The notes beneath the pieces were generated by a model. The model saw nothing but the letters and a program-made list of their open reading frames with translations. It was not told where the DNA came from and did no database searches. 64,000 bases of DNA from a virus, in the IMG/VR virus record IMGVR_UViG_3300025646_005470. The stretch is one strand, 5' to 3'. Of the stretch, positions 48,001 through 57,674 are shown piece after piece. Position 1 is the stretch's first letter. Each line of letters opens with the position of its first letter. Position numbers and translations under genes: made by a program.

Positions 48001-51000
48001 ATCCTTGTGTTTGTAGATATTCTCCATAACCTATCACAGCGTCATACACTGCTTGGCGGGTTTTAAATACAGTACCGTAGTCAACATTTACACTTGTACT
48101 GTAATCATATTGAGTATAATTCTCAACCACTGTTCCACCTTGTTGTGGTAGTGTTTTAATTTTTTTCCAATATAAAAGATTTGGTGCAGTATCAGTTGAT
48201 AAACTAGTGTGCGGAACTGTACATTGATAATATTCATTTAAATACACAACAACTTCATCTTTATGATAGGTTACTCCTGGATTGTATGCACTTGGTGAAA
48301 TATCTGTACCACCAACTCTTACTGTATAACTTGCACTGTTAGATAAAGGTTTATAGGTTACAAAATATGGATTTGTAATATCGTAACCATATATTTTATA
48401 ACCTCCTTCAACTACTTGTACTATAACAGCACTATACGATGCTTCTTGAATACTTGCACCTTGATATAAAGTTAAATTAATATCTTCTGGTGGAATAATA
48501 ATATTTGTACTTTTACTTGTAGAATCATATGCTTCAGATTCAATTTGTAATTTTGTAGGGTCAATAAATCCAGCACAACGATACATCAAGTTTGCTTGTA
48601 TATTTCTAATCACTTCGCCAAACGTTAATCCTACTTGATTTCCTTTAAATATTACATAATCTGAAATAAAATTTTGTATTCCTGATCTTAAATATCTCAC
48701 ATTATTAGTATCAGTTTCTGTATGAACGTAATAGTTTTTATTTGTTGGTCTTTTACCGGTAGTTTTATCAATCAATTGTTTTACATCACTAAGTGCATTA
48801 TCAATATTATTAATATTCCATAATTGTTCTATATATAATCCTGGATTTGTTAGATATAATAATTGTTGTACGGCATATGGATAAGCACATGATGTTAAGT
48901 ATGCATGTTCTACTGGTGCACCATCTCCAAACTTCCAATCTTGTTGTGCATTATATTCTGTTGGGTTTGAACTAATAATACCAATTTCTAAAGGACTTAG
49001 TAATTGTCCACTATTATTAACTGGAACATAAGAACTAAAACCTGGTTTCTTATAAACATTATCTGAACTAAGATAAGATCTGTCTGTATAGTTTTCTTTA
49101 GAGCCGGCTCTAATAATTCCTTGTTCTATATCAGAAATCAATTGAGATCTAACTGTTGGATTTGTCCAAGTATAATATTGATCCCACCATATTGGTTTTT
49201 GACTAAATCCTAACATCTCCCATGGATGTGTATGTGGTCTATCAGTTCCATAATACCAACGATATATACCTCTCCAATGACCTGGCAAAGCATCACCATC
49301 TTGATCTACAAGTGATGAATAATTTAAAACTCGCCAGTCAGTATTAACATTGCTTATTTGTCTACCAATGCCGGTAGTTGATCCGAATATAACTTCATTA
49401 ATTTGAAAACTATCAACTATTCCAGACACTGCTACGGTATTTGTATCATCGCTAACCGCAGTAACTTTACCAATTGCACCACTAGTCATTCCTCGTACTT
49501 CTTCGCCAACTGTAAACTTTTGCGGAGTAGTACTAATAGAAGGAACATACCCAGCCGCTACATAATTTGATAAAACATAATTAGCATTTGCTTTTAGTGT
49601 TATTGTTACTGCATAGCCTGTATTTTCTTGATAATTTACTGCATTCTCGTTAGTCCATCTAGTAAATATTGGACGCAACAAATCAGTTATTTCTTTTCTA
49701 GACCAACTGGTTGGATTAAACTTATTTGGTTGAATAGTACTAATTTCATATAGTGTTGCTGTGTCTTGATCAGAAACTAAATGATTCATAGTATTGTATA
49801 TTCTTTTTTCTAATTCTAATAATGCTGTGTCTCTAAAATCGTTATATTTCAAAATTAAAGAACCATCATGACATTGAATAAATTTTCGTGTACCACTAGA
49901 ATATGTAATCGAGTCAGTTAATTCCTGTGGCTTATAGACTTTACCTACACCTAGTGATGCTGGAGTATAAGGTATCCAAGTTGGTTGTCTAGTTTCATAA
50001 TATCTAATGGTAATAACATCACCTAATTTTGGTTTAACACTTGGTTTTCCTAAAAAAACAAGTTTAGTCCCGTTTGACGATTGATCAACAATATAATCAT
50101 GATTGATAATCATTTGCACATTGTTTTTATAAATGTATAATGCCTTAGTAGCATAATCAATATCAGGATCAAATGAACTAGAAATTACTAAGCCTGGTTC
50201 TGTATTAAATACTTCTTGAGTTATTGAATTAAGATTTATAAAAGTACTTTGTGTCCCCCAAGTTAAATTAGATGTAGTTATAGTATGTGTTTCGCTAGTA
50301 TATCTATCTCCACTGGCAATTAAATTTGAGTATGCGTATGGGTCTGAGAGAGATTTACTAACATTAATATTTGTTAGTGCTTTATCAACAAGTTGTGCTG
50401 TGGTTAAAGAATCTATTTGAGTAGTATTTTGTATGTTATTAACTGCATTTAAAAACTTCAATTGAAATTCTTGATATCTATCTTTTGTGTATCTAATTGA
50501 TTCTACAATATCTAAATCACTATTAGTTGCAAGTGCCATTGCTTTAAGCAGTGGAGCATTGTGTTGTAATATAACATCACCTAGACTTATATCTTGAAGA
50601 GTATCTCTGTAGTTGTTATTACCATTTACTGAACCAACAAATCCTTTTTGATTTTGAATAATCGATTTGAAATGTTCAAATAATTCACTATATGTTGCTG
50701 TACCTATATCTTGATTTGATGCATTATTTTCTAAATTTTTTGGTATTTCAAAATAGTTACTTGTTTTTAATGGCGCTGGATTATTTGATTTATAAAATAT
50801 TTTTATAAAATCTCCGTTTACTAAACTTGTAGTAAAATTTAAAACTAAACTATTTGTTAAAGTAAAGTCTGTACCAAAGACTAACCTTACACCATTTTTA
50901 AAAACACTGATATCTAATACTGACGAAGGAATAACTTCAAGCACAACAGGACTACTTAAATTTTTATTACTTACAGTGTGTTCTTGGACTAATCTTTGAG

Positions 51001-53407
51001 ATAATTTTTTACTTGGATCAATTATCCATTCATTCTTATAATTTGTTTCTGTTGCGGCATCTAGTGTAGTTACAGGATTGTCAACAATTACAAATTGTCC
51101 ACCCATCTTATCATGATTACCACAATGATAGTACAATCTGTCTGGAGCATTTGAAGGAACAGTAAATTTTAATGTAGATGCAGTTCCTCCATAGTATGCT
51201 CTTGATCCTGTTACCCCTCCAGTATACTCGCCAGTATATGCTCCTGGCGACCAAGCAGTACCTGTTGAAATATAAAACGGATGATCTGCATTTGAATACC
51301 CTGTTGCTGATGATTCAGGAGAGCTAAAATTAAAGTTATAGGTATTTCCTCTAACTAAAATTAATGCTGGTGCTTCTTGACCATTGATAAAATATTTGTT
51401 TATCTTTTGATTTGATCGACTTGGGTTAACATTAACTTCATAGTCAATAATTTTAGCAATAGTTTCTGGATATGTAAACTGTTTATAATAATTGTATCCT
51501 GTAATTGTTCCATTACTATATGTATATGAATCTTCATTTAAGAAATTACAAAATTGAATATCACTTTTGTCAACACCTGCTGAATATGAAAGAGGAAACC
51601 CTAATTCAGAATCATTTGTACCAGTGCCAATTTTATAACCAAATATTTTTGATCCTGTAAATGTTGATGACGGATATATACCTACATCATTTAAGATAAC
51701 TTTATCATTGTCATATAAATTGTACAACGGTGCCTGATTTGATGCTGTTTTGGTTTGTGCTTGATTCCAATTGTATCCGTCGTAATACCATTCGGTACCT
51801 TTATTGACGTCACCTTTTTTAACATAAACTTTATCATTTGTATTAACTGTAGATGTAAGTTGTGTTAATACTATACTTGATCCTACACCAGAAACTTTCC
51901 ATATAGATGCCGCCACATTAAATGTATCACTTGATACATCCCATCCTACGTCACCACCGGTGCCACCACCTCCACCGGTTGTCGGATCAGCGTCAGTATC
52001 ATGATCCCACAATACACTATCACTATCCCATTGAACATAATCGTCTTGACTTGATGCATTTATAAATAAAATTGTATCTTCATTTTGCATTGTGTATCCG
52101 TCAATATTAATCGCAGATTGACCTTCTACCTGTGTTTTGGTCAATAATGATTCAACAACTGTTACATCAGTTAAATGATTATAACCGTAATCATATAATT
52201 CAATATCTCGTTTAAATTCAATAATTGGTCTTATGGCACGTCTTGTTGATGATCTAGTAAATGCTGTAGTTGACGATGAAATTTGCACATCAAAGGCTGT
52301 AATATCCCAAGCAGTGTCATCCCATAATTGGTCTGTTTGTGAAGTTGATGTAACTGAAGGATAACTTTCTAATGTATCTTTATGAACCCAGCCATTTGAC
52401 TTTGACCAAAGGTTTCCGTCTTTGGCACCACGTTGAATTGTTATGTAATCTTTTGTTGCCGCAGTTGAGTCATTTATATTTCTTAGTGTTCGTGTATCGA
52501 TTAGTTTAATTTCTGATCCAACTCCTTCAACAAAATATGTTATTTCTTTTCTTGTTGTTGTAGATCCTATGACTCCACTAGCACCACTTACACTTGTAAT
52601 AACAGTAGTAGATGGTAAGTCACCATCGTCAAGTGTTGATGACGTAACTTCAATAGCAGTAATTTCACCACTACCTCCTACTGCTGTTACTTTAGCAATT
52701 GTTTTGCCTGCGATTAAAATTGAATCATTTACAGCATACCCGGTTCCTGCTGTATCAATAGTTAACGAATCTATAGTGTAATAATATTGATAACTTACTC
52801 CAGAAACATGTGACCCTTCAAATCTAACATGTAGTCCATTTGTAAAAACTGTACCATCTGGTGCAGTATAGGTTTTTTCTCCAACTATATCAGTTGGTAA
52901 TACAATACTTTTTGAGCTTGTCCCGTCAATTGGTTTTGACGGAATAGTAGAAAATGCCCCAGCTGATTCACTCGATAAGTCATCAGCATAAGGATACCAA
53001 TAATAATTTGAATAGTTTAAATATTTGTCAATATCAATAGGCGGTGCATACGAATAATATTTAGATTCAAAAAGTCTTGCATGATCATTAATATTACCAC
53101 CATCAAATCTAATTTTGTTTACAAGGTCTTCGTATGTAGTTTGATATGATATTGTTTGTGTATCAGCATTTCTTATAATTGCTGTTGGTTCAAGTTGATA
53201 ATAGGTTCTATCAAATGTTGGTTCTTTTAAATATGAGTCTTTAATAGTGTTTAGTAATCTACCTTGGCGTTGTCCTACAAACCCACGTTCAAATGAACTA
53301 TCTTCATTTTTAAACCACTGATCAACTGTGGAATCAAAAAAGTTTTTTAACTTAGTTGATTGTAAAACATATGGTAGTTGTTTAGATGCAATAAATTGCT
53401 CAGCCAT
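42047..53407 (-). CDS. Giant (3786 aa) baseplate wedge/fibre protein, gp7-like position
   Basis: Follows gp25 and gp6; contains GSGY repeats, CBM-like repeats and a cupredoxin-like motif. Confidence 0.75.
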   Translation of the reverse strand: MAEQFIASKQLPYVLQSTKLKNFFDSTVDQWFKNEDSSFERGFVGQRQGRLLNTIKDSYLKEPTFDRTYYQLEPTAIIRNADTQTISYQTTYEDLVNKIRFDGGNINDHARLFESKYYSYAPPIDIDKYLNYSNYYWYPYADDLSSESAGAFSTIPSKPIDGTSSKSIVLPTDIVGEKTYTAPDGTVFTNGLHVRFEGSHVSGVSYQYYYTIDSLTIDTAGTGYAVNDSILIAGKTIAKVTAVGGSGEITAIEVTSSTLDDGDLPSTTVITSVSGASGVIGSTTTRKEITYFVEGVGSEIKLIDTRTLRNINDSTAATKDYITIQRGAKDGNLWSKSNGWVHKDTLESYPSVTSTSQTDQLWDDTAWDITAFDVQISSSTTAFTRSSTRRAIRPIIEFKRDIELYDYGYNHLTDVTVVESLLTKTQVEGQSAINIDGYTMQNEDTILFINASSQDDYVQWDSDSVLWDHDTDADPTTGGGGGTGGDVGWDVSSDTFNVAASIWKVSGVGSSIVLTQLTSTVNTNDKVYVKKGDVNKGTEWYYDGYNWNQAQTKTASNQAPLYNLYDNDKVILNDVGIYPSSTFTGSKIFGYKIGTGTNDSELGFPLSYSAGVDKSDIQFCNFLNEDSYTYSNGTITGYNYYKQFTYPETIAKIIDYEVNVNPSRSNQKINKYFINGQEAPALILVRGNTYNFNFSSPESSATGYSNADHPFYISTGTAWSPGAYTGEYTGGVTGSRAYYGGTASTLKFTVPSNAPDRLYYHCGNHDKMGGQFVIVDNPVTTLDAATETNYKNEWIIDPSKKLSQRLVQEHTVSNKNLSSPVVLEVIPSSVLDISVFKNGVRLVFGTDFTLTNSLVLNFTTSLVNGDFIKIFYKSNNPAPLKTSNYFEIPKNLENNASNQDIGTATYSELFEHFKSIIQNQKGFVGSVNGNNNYRDTLQDISLGDVILQHNAPLLKAMALATNSDLDIVESIRYTKDRYQEFQLKFLNAVNNIQNTTQIDSLTTAQLVDKALTNINVSKSLSDPYAYSNLIASGDRYTSETHTITTSNLTWGTQSTFINLNSITQEVFNTEPGLVISSSFDPDIDYATKALYIYKNNVQMIINHDYIVDQSSNGTKLVFLGKPSVKPKLGDVITIRYYETRQPTWIPYTPASLGVGKVYKPQELTDSITYSSGTRKFIQCHDGSLILKYNDFRDTALLELEKRIYNTMNHLVSDQDTATLYEISTIQPNKFNPTSWSRKEITDLLRPIFTRWTNENAVNYQENTGYAVTITLKANANYVLSNYVAAGYVPSISTTPQKFTVGEEVRGMTSGAIGKVTAVSDDTNTVAVSGIVDSFQINEVIFGSTTGIGRQISNVNTDWRVLNYSSLVDQDGDALPGHWRGIYRWYYGTDRPHTHPWEMLGFSQKPIWWDQYYTWTNPTVRSQLISDIEQGIIRAGSKENYTDRSYLSSDNVYKKPGFSSYVPVNNSGQLLSPLEIGIISSNPTEYNAQQDWKFGDGAPVEHAYLTSCAYPYAVQQLLYLTNPGLYIEQLWNINNIDNALSDVKQLIDKTTGKRPTNKNYYVHTETDTNNVRYLRSGIQNFISDYVIFKGNQVGLTFGEVIRNIQANLMYRCAGFIDPTKLQIESEAYDSTSKSTNIIIPPEDINLTLYQGASIQEASYSAVIVQVVEGGYKIYGYDITNPYFVTYKPLSNSASYTVRVGGTDISPSAYNPGVTYHKDEVVVYLNEYYQCTVPHTSLSTDTAPNLLYWKKIKTLPQQGGTVVENYTQYDYSTSVNVDYGTVFKTRQAVYDAVIGYGEYLQTQGWIFDNHNVDLGEQMDWRYSAKEFLFWSLGKWQKGDYITLSPSASQIKFKPTTGVVQSLANIINGAYSVLNKEGFGLDSKNISVIRDDDQVTVSHKNGIGIYGLRLFVKEIEHAITINNNTIFNDTIYNTLLAQRQPRVKISTVRTNNWNGKLEADGFIINNTTLINNFEKSVTDTRYLYDVDAEKVDTDFRNAAMHLIGYQERDYLTNLGISKRNQVKLYQGMIKQKGTTNAIDRLLRSTTVSTDQSFNTYEEWAFKVGEFGSTNFNQQIEVRLKAQDVVTDPLMFEFVLPTDSVATAGYDITTDETVTIDIDDTTRWLKKPHGEKTLANLWPTTATVTSNIPSAGYVHWDDSTYQAYDSTALDNIYGSQTGNVAIGSTVWVAKDVQGGKDWNVYKLYDLGTKIDNVISYGDANTAMKVTVDSTGATIGSSKKVILHKTYDGDGTLVIDPTAWGTHTLTLNPSTPTPPTVTIPFANVAGSGASLAVGNIAGSVATVTSTGGTGFAVGDIITFTGTTGSGASATVDAETGGAPTLLTLNSGGSNYSAAPNGFTVTDSSGTAKTLGVDYTAPTFTFTGSGTSGVFGEIQDLIITGGGTNYQSPTIKISKSDGSTIIIASSDITVTSGVITAINVPSYNAVTFLNQGFSSGITSTATGSITVNDTKSNYIVNLNSQLTKVHALGTLTANVTTAWDGTAPSVVIESWDGVSATTLYTVPTANLQSIASSNISASGSVTDNANVTVRANVSVSSATAGAITLTLNYTSKQYDITKADGTAEYVTTADNTTINASGIQLLDWKDVRLNSVLDSSMISTTVSGTLQNFLTGTGLNSAVWSEGDLVWLDDDSTGKWGVYRYTANATIMSTYNTIRGTESTAVSPAYGGTWILHSGVDYDDATQTTASYFASTKRRQSDKIITEQFEQAVLYDDRTNNVSLTLVPYDPAKGILPPNADREIEYKSEIDPAVYNNHSDTNQISTSKPWTDKHVGQVWWDLSTARYIDYESHDNAYRRTYWGRLFPGATVDIYEWVSSSQPPTNYLGTGTVKSTTEYSTKVVTNSSTQTTTTTYYYWVKNVTTVPSLEGRTNDTATVANVITSPITQGLNYFAPISQNAISIANVLDYTTKENTVLQLNYRKRNGDDKTNSKHAQWLLIKEDYPSSPIQNQIWNKMVDSLVGYDQTGATVPDTSLSLNDRYGNKVRPRQSWFTNSKNARKVLYEALNSITTSINLDVNHFGWDNTLTTANYYEKTNWYYNTSYSDNTIIDRIVDYYVDIDTSVLSENDIIKVNNGYNSKWELWQYTDADYLAGTTTTYDSTNLSLVRIGLQTATAKLKTTVYTESDSTAMATELRAYIKALKDNVLIAQNLKYQNQLLFAMIRYVNSEQTHVDWLFKSTYMNVIQQDTALTQKASFEKDPFNDIKSYIEEAKPYRSKIRNFLSKKSPVRENANMAMSDFTNSSDYILSSNGTGTTNPTPKVNTKLVFDRVSTSITLVSPGVNVINNWTTSATYTAGTKVKYNGGYWQCTENHTAGTFVDDVESGKWQHTNFEPTTEASDVTKINAVKSSTPTTTHVDRLAKYYYSTELAALDTANASAVSSFVSTLADKIGYYKDLDIQPIGFKVNRDRIGQELTFFAWDSLDWDATAVGTNPTMRYDFDTVQNWYDSKFVQQSNVWAKNVSYTKNTFVKHTDLSHIDAWDVATSYTVGDIVKHNDKVYVANVTHKNLASETTLQTSRWDLITDLIYYTNVNHTSTNSATGFETDYDAGKWILVQSQLDSAGFARPQHDPYPEELAPVTPKESLMITVKSYDGVTGSSPNYVGSGDFIQYKVHYAPYGTVEYLRDKFVDDDTADSTDDHTTLNGAIYKASNIITVTDATKLPTPKQIVNQIDNIVTDKPGVIWIGTERIEYSKVTGNVLSDIIRGTHGTTVQDHADATEVYSGNTHIPNAGTKGFWNDSGVTLTDSSTEQANYLTNNENLVDYVQDTYMDTDYVE

Positions 53408-53410
53408 TGT

Positions 53411-56400
53411 TTACGACCCCTTTTTTAAATTCTGATCAGTGAATGAACTAATAATTTCAATATCGTCGACTGTTGCAGTAGAATAAAATAATTCATTTGG
53501 TAAACTAGTAATTTCAAATAAGTCACCAAATACTGATTCTGCATCTTTACCAACAATCACAACAGAACTTATTTGTGTTGATAATTGACTATGGATATAC
53601 GCACACAATTCTGTGTAGTAAAAACTTTCACCATATGCCCAATTAGTAATATCAAAAAATGTATTAATTGCCGCTAGTACTCTTGATTTAATCTCATTGT
53701 CAGTAATTGTTGCTCCTGCAGACTTAATGATTTTAAATGTTCCTTGTAGTGTTGCGTCTGCTGTTGTGCCAAATAGTTTTTTAAATTTAGCAGGAGTATA
53801 AATTAATTGATCACCAATTGCTTTATAAGGTTTTAGTGTTGATGCAAACAAATTATTAAGAGTTTCAACGCTTGGTTCTACCGGAAACAAATCAGCAGTT
53901 CTATTGTTCGCAGTCCATTCTAAAACGTCATCATAATAATCACTTGTTAATACAATAAGCTCAACTATATTTGAAACGCTCGGATCAACTCTTTGATCTC
54001 TTGGAGCAGTATGCTTCCATTGAAAAAACACAGGGTTAGATAAACCACTAGTGGTTTTATAAGAACGACCAACGTTAGATCTATAAATTACTGAATTAAT
54101 TGTTGCAGTATATTCACCTTGTTGACCTGTAGTAGTTATCAATGATCCGTTATTATAAAATTTTTTAGTTGTGGTTAAAAATTCAATACCACTATTTGTT
54201 AACACAGATACTGGTGTTACAACTGAAGATAATTTATAATATGTGTATCCATCAAATTCTTCATAACTTTCAAAGAAAATATAATTTTTCTTATTAGTAG
54301 TATCATAAATTAAATCATCCATTGCTAAAGGATAATCTGGCATACCATCTTCATCTGCATCATATGGTGCAATTTTAACTTTTCTATTATCAATATAACC
54401 ATCTTGTTCTGTAAAATTATCAACAACTGCTAATTGTATTGCTGAAGGAAGCCTACCACCAATCTGTGGAGATGTTAATGTAACTGTTGCAGTTGTATAG
54501 CCTGATCCTACTTCTACAGGTGTAACTGCAATTACAGATCCGTTATGCACTGTTGCTACTGCTTGTGCACCTGTACCATCACCAGTAACGGTTACTGTTG
54601 GTGCTGTAGTATAGTTTGATCCAACTGCTGTTACAGTATATTCGTTAATTGATCCTGTATTAATTGTTGCTGTTGCTGTTGCACCTGTACCTTTTTCAAT
54701 TGCAGTGTTTACATCTGCTAAAATATCAATTCTATCTTGTACACTTAATCCTGTTTCAGTGTCAAGTGTTTTATAATCTTTTACATAAAAGAATCTCACA
54801 TCATCTGATGATTGGAACACATAGTCTAAACCTCTAGCAGTTAAAGTAAATTTAGCATTTGTGTTTGCACCTTTTTCTGTAAATTGCGATCGTATTAACC
54901 AACTCGAATCATTGCTTACACCTTGTGCACCTCCACCAAGTGTGTTATTAGCACTTGAAAACTCACTTGCAGTATCAATATTTGCATTTGCAATAATATA
55001 CCATTCTTCTGCTTTAGTGGTCGAGTTATAATAATTGTAACCAATACCAAATGTTGTTAGCGTTGTAGTTGATGATGTTAATTGTGACAACAACGATGAT
55101 CTTTCTGTTGCATTAAATTCTGTTCTAATATGTGGTACAACTGTTCGTGCTATATATCCTGCTGGAATCGTTTCTGATAACTGTATTGGGCCTGTAGTTA
55201 AACCTGCTGGGTTACCATTTGCTGAAACACTTTTTACAGTTGCCCAGATTGTTTTTGTTGGATTACTGTACGAATTAACAAATTCAATTTTTGAATCTTT
55301 TCTAATATATCCGTGTCTTGTTGTCGAAGCACCGGTTGCCACTAAACGATTCGTGCCTGTGTTTTCTGTAGTAAAGTATCCATAGTAACTTGATGACGCT
55401 GTAGGTAATGTTCTCCAATATGCAGAGTTTACACCAGTAGATTCAAACTTAAATGTTTCGGATCCTGTTGATAGATTTGATTCAACATCTTTTTTATATG
55501 TGTCAAAATAAAAATTTTGCATCTGCTGAGATTGAATCATTTTTTCAATCTCGTCAATAACTTTTTCGTAAGAACTGTTATCTAATACTGTTACAACTGT
55601 TTCGGTTGTGTTTGGAGACTTGTAAGCAATACCATCTTCACCTATACAATTTACATTTGCTACAGTACCAGTTGGATCTTGTATATCTATAAATCTTGAG
55701 TGACCAGCATGTGTTTTGTTAAGTGCTTTGATTTTTTGTATACCATCAATCTTTGTTATAGGAAATACATTATAGTCTTCAGCAGTAATCATTCTATCTT
55801 GTGTGTAGTAAGCCTGTGCTGAATTTAATTTAATGTCTTGAATTGATTCCCTTGATGACGAATTTGTAATAGTATAATTTAAACTAAAAGTCATAGACAA
55901 ATCAAAATTTTGATTTGCTTTATTAATATAACCAAAAGATATACCTTTGTTTTGAATATCAGATGATTGTACTGACTCTCCTTTTAATCCACTTGATCTA
56001 TACCAAATACGGTATAAGCCAACAGGTATATTACCAAAGTCTCCATCGGAAAACTGTATAGATACTTGGTCATCTAATCTTGTTTTAACTTCAAATATAT
56101 TTCTTTCAGTTAATGCTAAACTATTGTAGATAATGTTTTGTCCTGACAATGCCGGAACTTTTTTCCAATTTGTTTCTACCAATCCTGATGAACTAATTTC
56201 TTGTACCCATACGTCTGTATTGTTTATGTCATTCACATCAATGTCAACAGTTCTATCTTCAACTGGTTGATCAAAATTAAAATCTTGATATGCAATAGAA
56301 CCTTCTTTTATATATAAGAAAAATCCAGTGTTTGCACTACCATAACCTTTACCATCATTTTTATAAATTACATTAAATGAATTTAATGGATTTGGTGATG

Positions 56401-57082
56401 CTTCTTCAATGTATCCTGCTGTATTAAATTTTGCAGGAACAACTTCAAATGTGTAGTTTTCATTATTAACTTTTGCACTAAAAGGATATGCTACTTGTAC
56501 ATTTTTAACATTGTTAAAACTATACATGTTATTGATTAATGAATTAATTGTTTGACTTTGTGTTGGCTTACCAAATTGATTAGTTTCAAGTATAGATGCA
56601 TTTAAAACTACAATAAACTGTTCAAACCAATTTGGATTGTTTGGATCGTTCCAACGTACCTCAACATTGCTTAAATTATTACCCGATGAATCTGTAACTG
56701 GTTCTGATGTTTTTATTGCTGTGAGTTTTACAAGACCCCGTGCTGTTGAATTACGTGCTGGCTTGTAGCTCAACATGTTTGCTAATCTTAAAATAGATTC
56801 TCTTCTTGATGCTGTGTCGACAAAATTTTCTCTTGCATTTAGATCAATTCTAAATGATAAACTTTGTCCTAGGTATGCCAACAAATCAATGATGGCAATA
56901 AATTCTGATGAGTTAATGTAATCATTAAATTCTTCTGGATAGTTTCTTGCAATGTAATTGAGCATTGACTGTCTGATTGTGTCAAAGTCATATGACTGAA
57001 AGTCTGCATCAGAAAAAGTTCTGTAAATTACTTTCCAATCTTCCGCCGCAAATAAATTTGATTGTCTAACTAATTGTCCCAT
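53411..57082 (-). CDS. gp6: Baseplate wedge protein, gp6-like
   Basis: DFDTIRQSM.NY..NYPEEFNDY..SEF..IDLLAY, F.DTASRRESI..LA.ML.Y.P, QDRMITAEDY. Confidence 0.9.
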   Translation of the reverse strand: MGQLVRQSNLFAAEDWKVIYRTFSDADFQSYDFDTIRQSMLNYIARNYPEEFNDYINSSEFIAIIDLLAYLGQSLSFRIDLNARENFVDTASRRESILRLANMLSYKPARNSTARGLVKLTAIKTSEPVTDSSGNNLSNVEVRWNDPNNPNWFEQFIVVLNASILETNQFGKPTQSQTINSLINNMYSFNNVKNVQVAYPFSAKVNNENYTFEVVPAKFNTAGYIEEASPNPLNSFNVIYKNDGKGYGSANTGFFLYIKEGSIAYQDFNFDQPVEDRTVDIDVNDINNTDVWVQEISSSGLVETNWKKVPALSGQNIIYNSLALTERNIFEVKTRLDDQVSIQFSDGDFGNIPVGLYRIWYRSSGLKGESVQSSDIQNKGISFGYINKANQNFDLSMTFSLNYTITNSSSRESIQDIKLNSAQAYYTQDRMITAEDYNVFPITKIDGIQKIKALNKTHAGHSRFIDIQDPTGTVANVNCIGEDGIAYKSPNTTETVVTVLDNSSYEKVIDEIEKMIQSQQMQNFYFDTYKKDVESNLSTGSETFKFESTGVNSAYWRTLPTASSSYYGYFTTENTGTNRLVATGASTTRHGYIRKDSKIEFVNSYSNPTKTIWATVKSVSANGNPAGLTTGPIQLSETIPAGYIARTVVPHIRTEFNATERSSLLSQLTSSTTTLTTFGIGYNYYNSTTKAEEWYIIANANIDTASEFSSANNTLGGGAQGVSNDSSWLIRSQFTEKGANTNAKFTLTARGLDYVFQSSDDVRFFYVKDYKTLDTETGLSVQDRIDILADVNTAIEKGTGATATATINTGSINEYTVTAVGSNYTTAPTVTVTGDGTGAQAVATVHNGSVIAVTPVEVGSGYTTATVTLTSPQIGGRLPSAIQLAVVDNFTEQDGYIDNRKVKIAPYDADEDGMPDYPLAMDDLIYDTTNKKNYIFFESYEEFDGYTYYKLSSVVTPVSVLTNSGIEFLTTTKKFYNNGSLITTTGQQGEYTATINSVIYRSNVGRSYKTTSGLSNPVFFQWKHTAPRDQRVDPSVSNIVELIVLTSDYYDDVLEWTANNRTADLFPVEPSVETLNNLFASTLKPYKAIGDQLIYTPAKFKKLFGTTADATLQGTFKIIKSAGATITDNEIKSRVLAAINTFFDITNWAYGESFYYTELCAYIHSQLSTQISSVVIVGKDAESVFGDLFEITSLPNELFYSTATVDDIEIISSFTDQNLKKGS

Positions 57083-57582
57083 TAATACCCGCCTCCGCTA
57101 GTTCCGCCAGCGTTGTTTATAATTTGATTAACATTAAACTCCACAGTCATTTGTTCTACCATATTTTGTGGATGTATCATTAATGTTATATTTAATTGAA
57201 TTCCGTGTTCAAACCCAACTACATCTAAATCTTGTAGTGTTACTCTTGGGTCAGACGACACAATATCTCTAGCATCTTGCTCAATAATTCCTTTTGTAGT
57301 TTCATCCAAAGGCTCGTAAAGGTAATCCCAAATTATACTGCCAAATTTTGGCATCATAACTCTTTCACCTCTAGCAGTCATAAAATGATTATAGATATCT
57401 TGTTTGATTATATCAGCATCATATAATACACCGTTACGAGCCGTTGGATTATTAGAACTGAAGCCACGATATATTTTGGCTGTTACATAGTTACTGTTGG
57501 GATTTGATACGTTGGATGGAGAGACTACACGCACTCTGTTCCCTGTAGAACTATTATATGATGTTGGTGTATTGTATGCCAT
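57082..57582 (-). CDS. gp25: Baseplate wedge protein, gp25-like
   Basis: IKQDI.NHF.T.RGERVM.P.FGS.IWDYLYEP...DPRV. Confidence 0.9.
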   Translation of the reverse strand: MAYNTPTSYNSSTGNRVRVVSPSNVSNPNSNYVTAKIYRGFSSNNPTARNGVLYDADIIKQDIYNHFMTARGERVMMPKFGSIIWDYLYEPLDETTKGIIEQDARDIVSSDPRVTLQDLDVVGFEHGIQLNITLMIHPQNMVEQMTVEFNVNQIINNAGGTSGGGY

Positions 57583-57609
57583 ATTTTCCTTTAACTGCTA
57601 AGTTATTAA

Positions 57610-57617
57610 TATTTATA
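57610..57617 (-). promoter_or_regulatory. Late promoter TATAAATA for the gp25-gp6-gp7-like operon
   Basis: Exact T4 late consensus 28 nt upstream of the gp25 ATG. Confidence 0.75.
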
Positions 57618-57674
57618 TGCAAAGATAACTGCGTATATAATTATAGATCAAAAATAAACATAAATAACTTTGTT

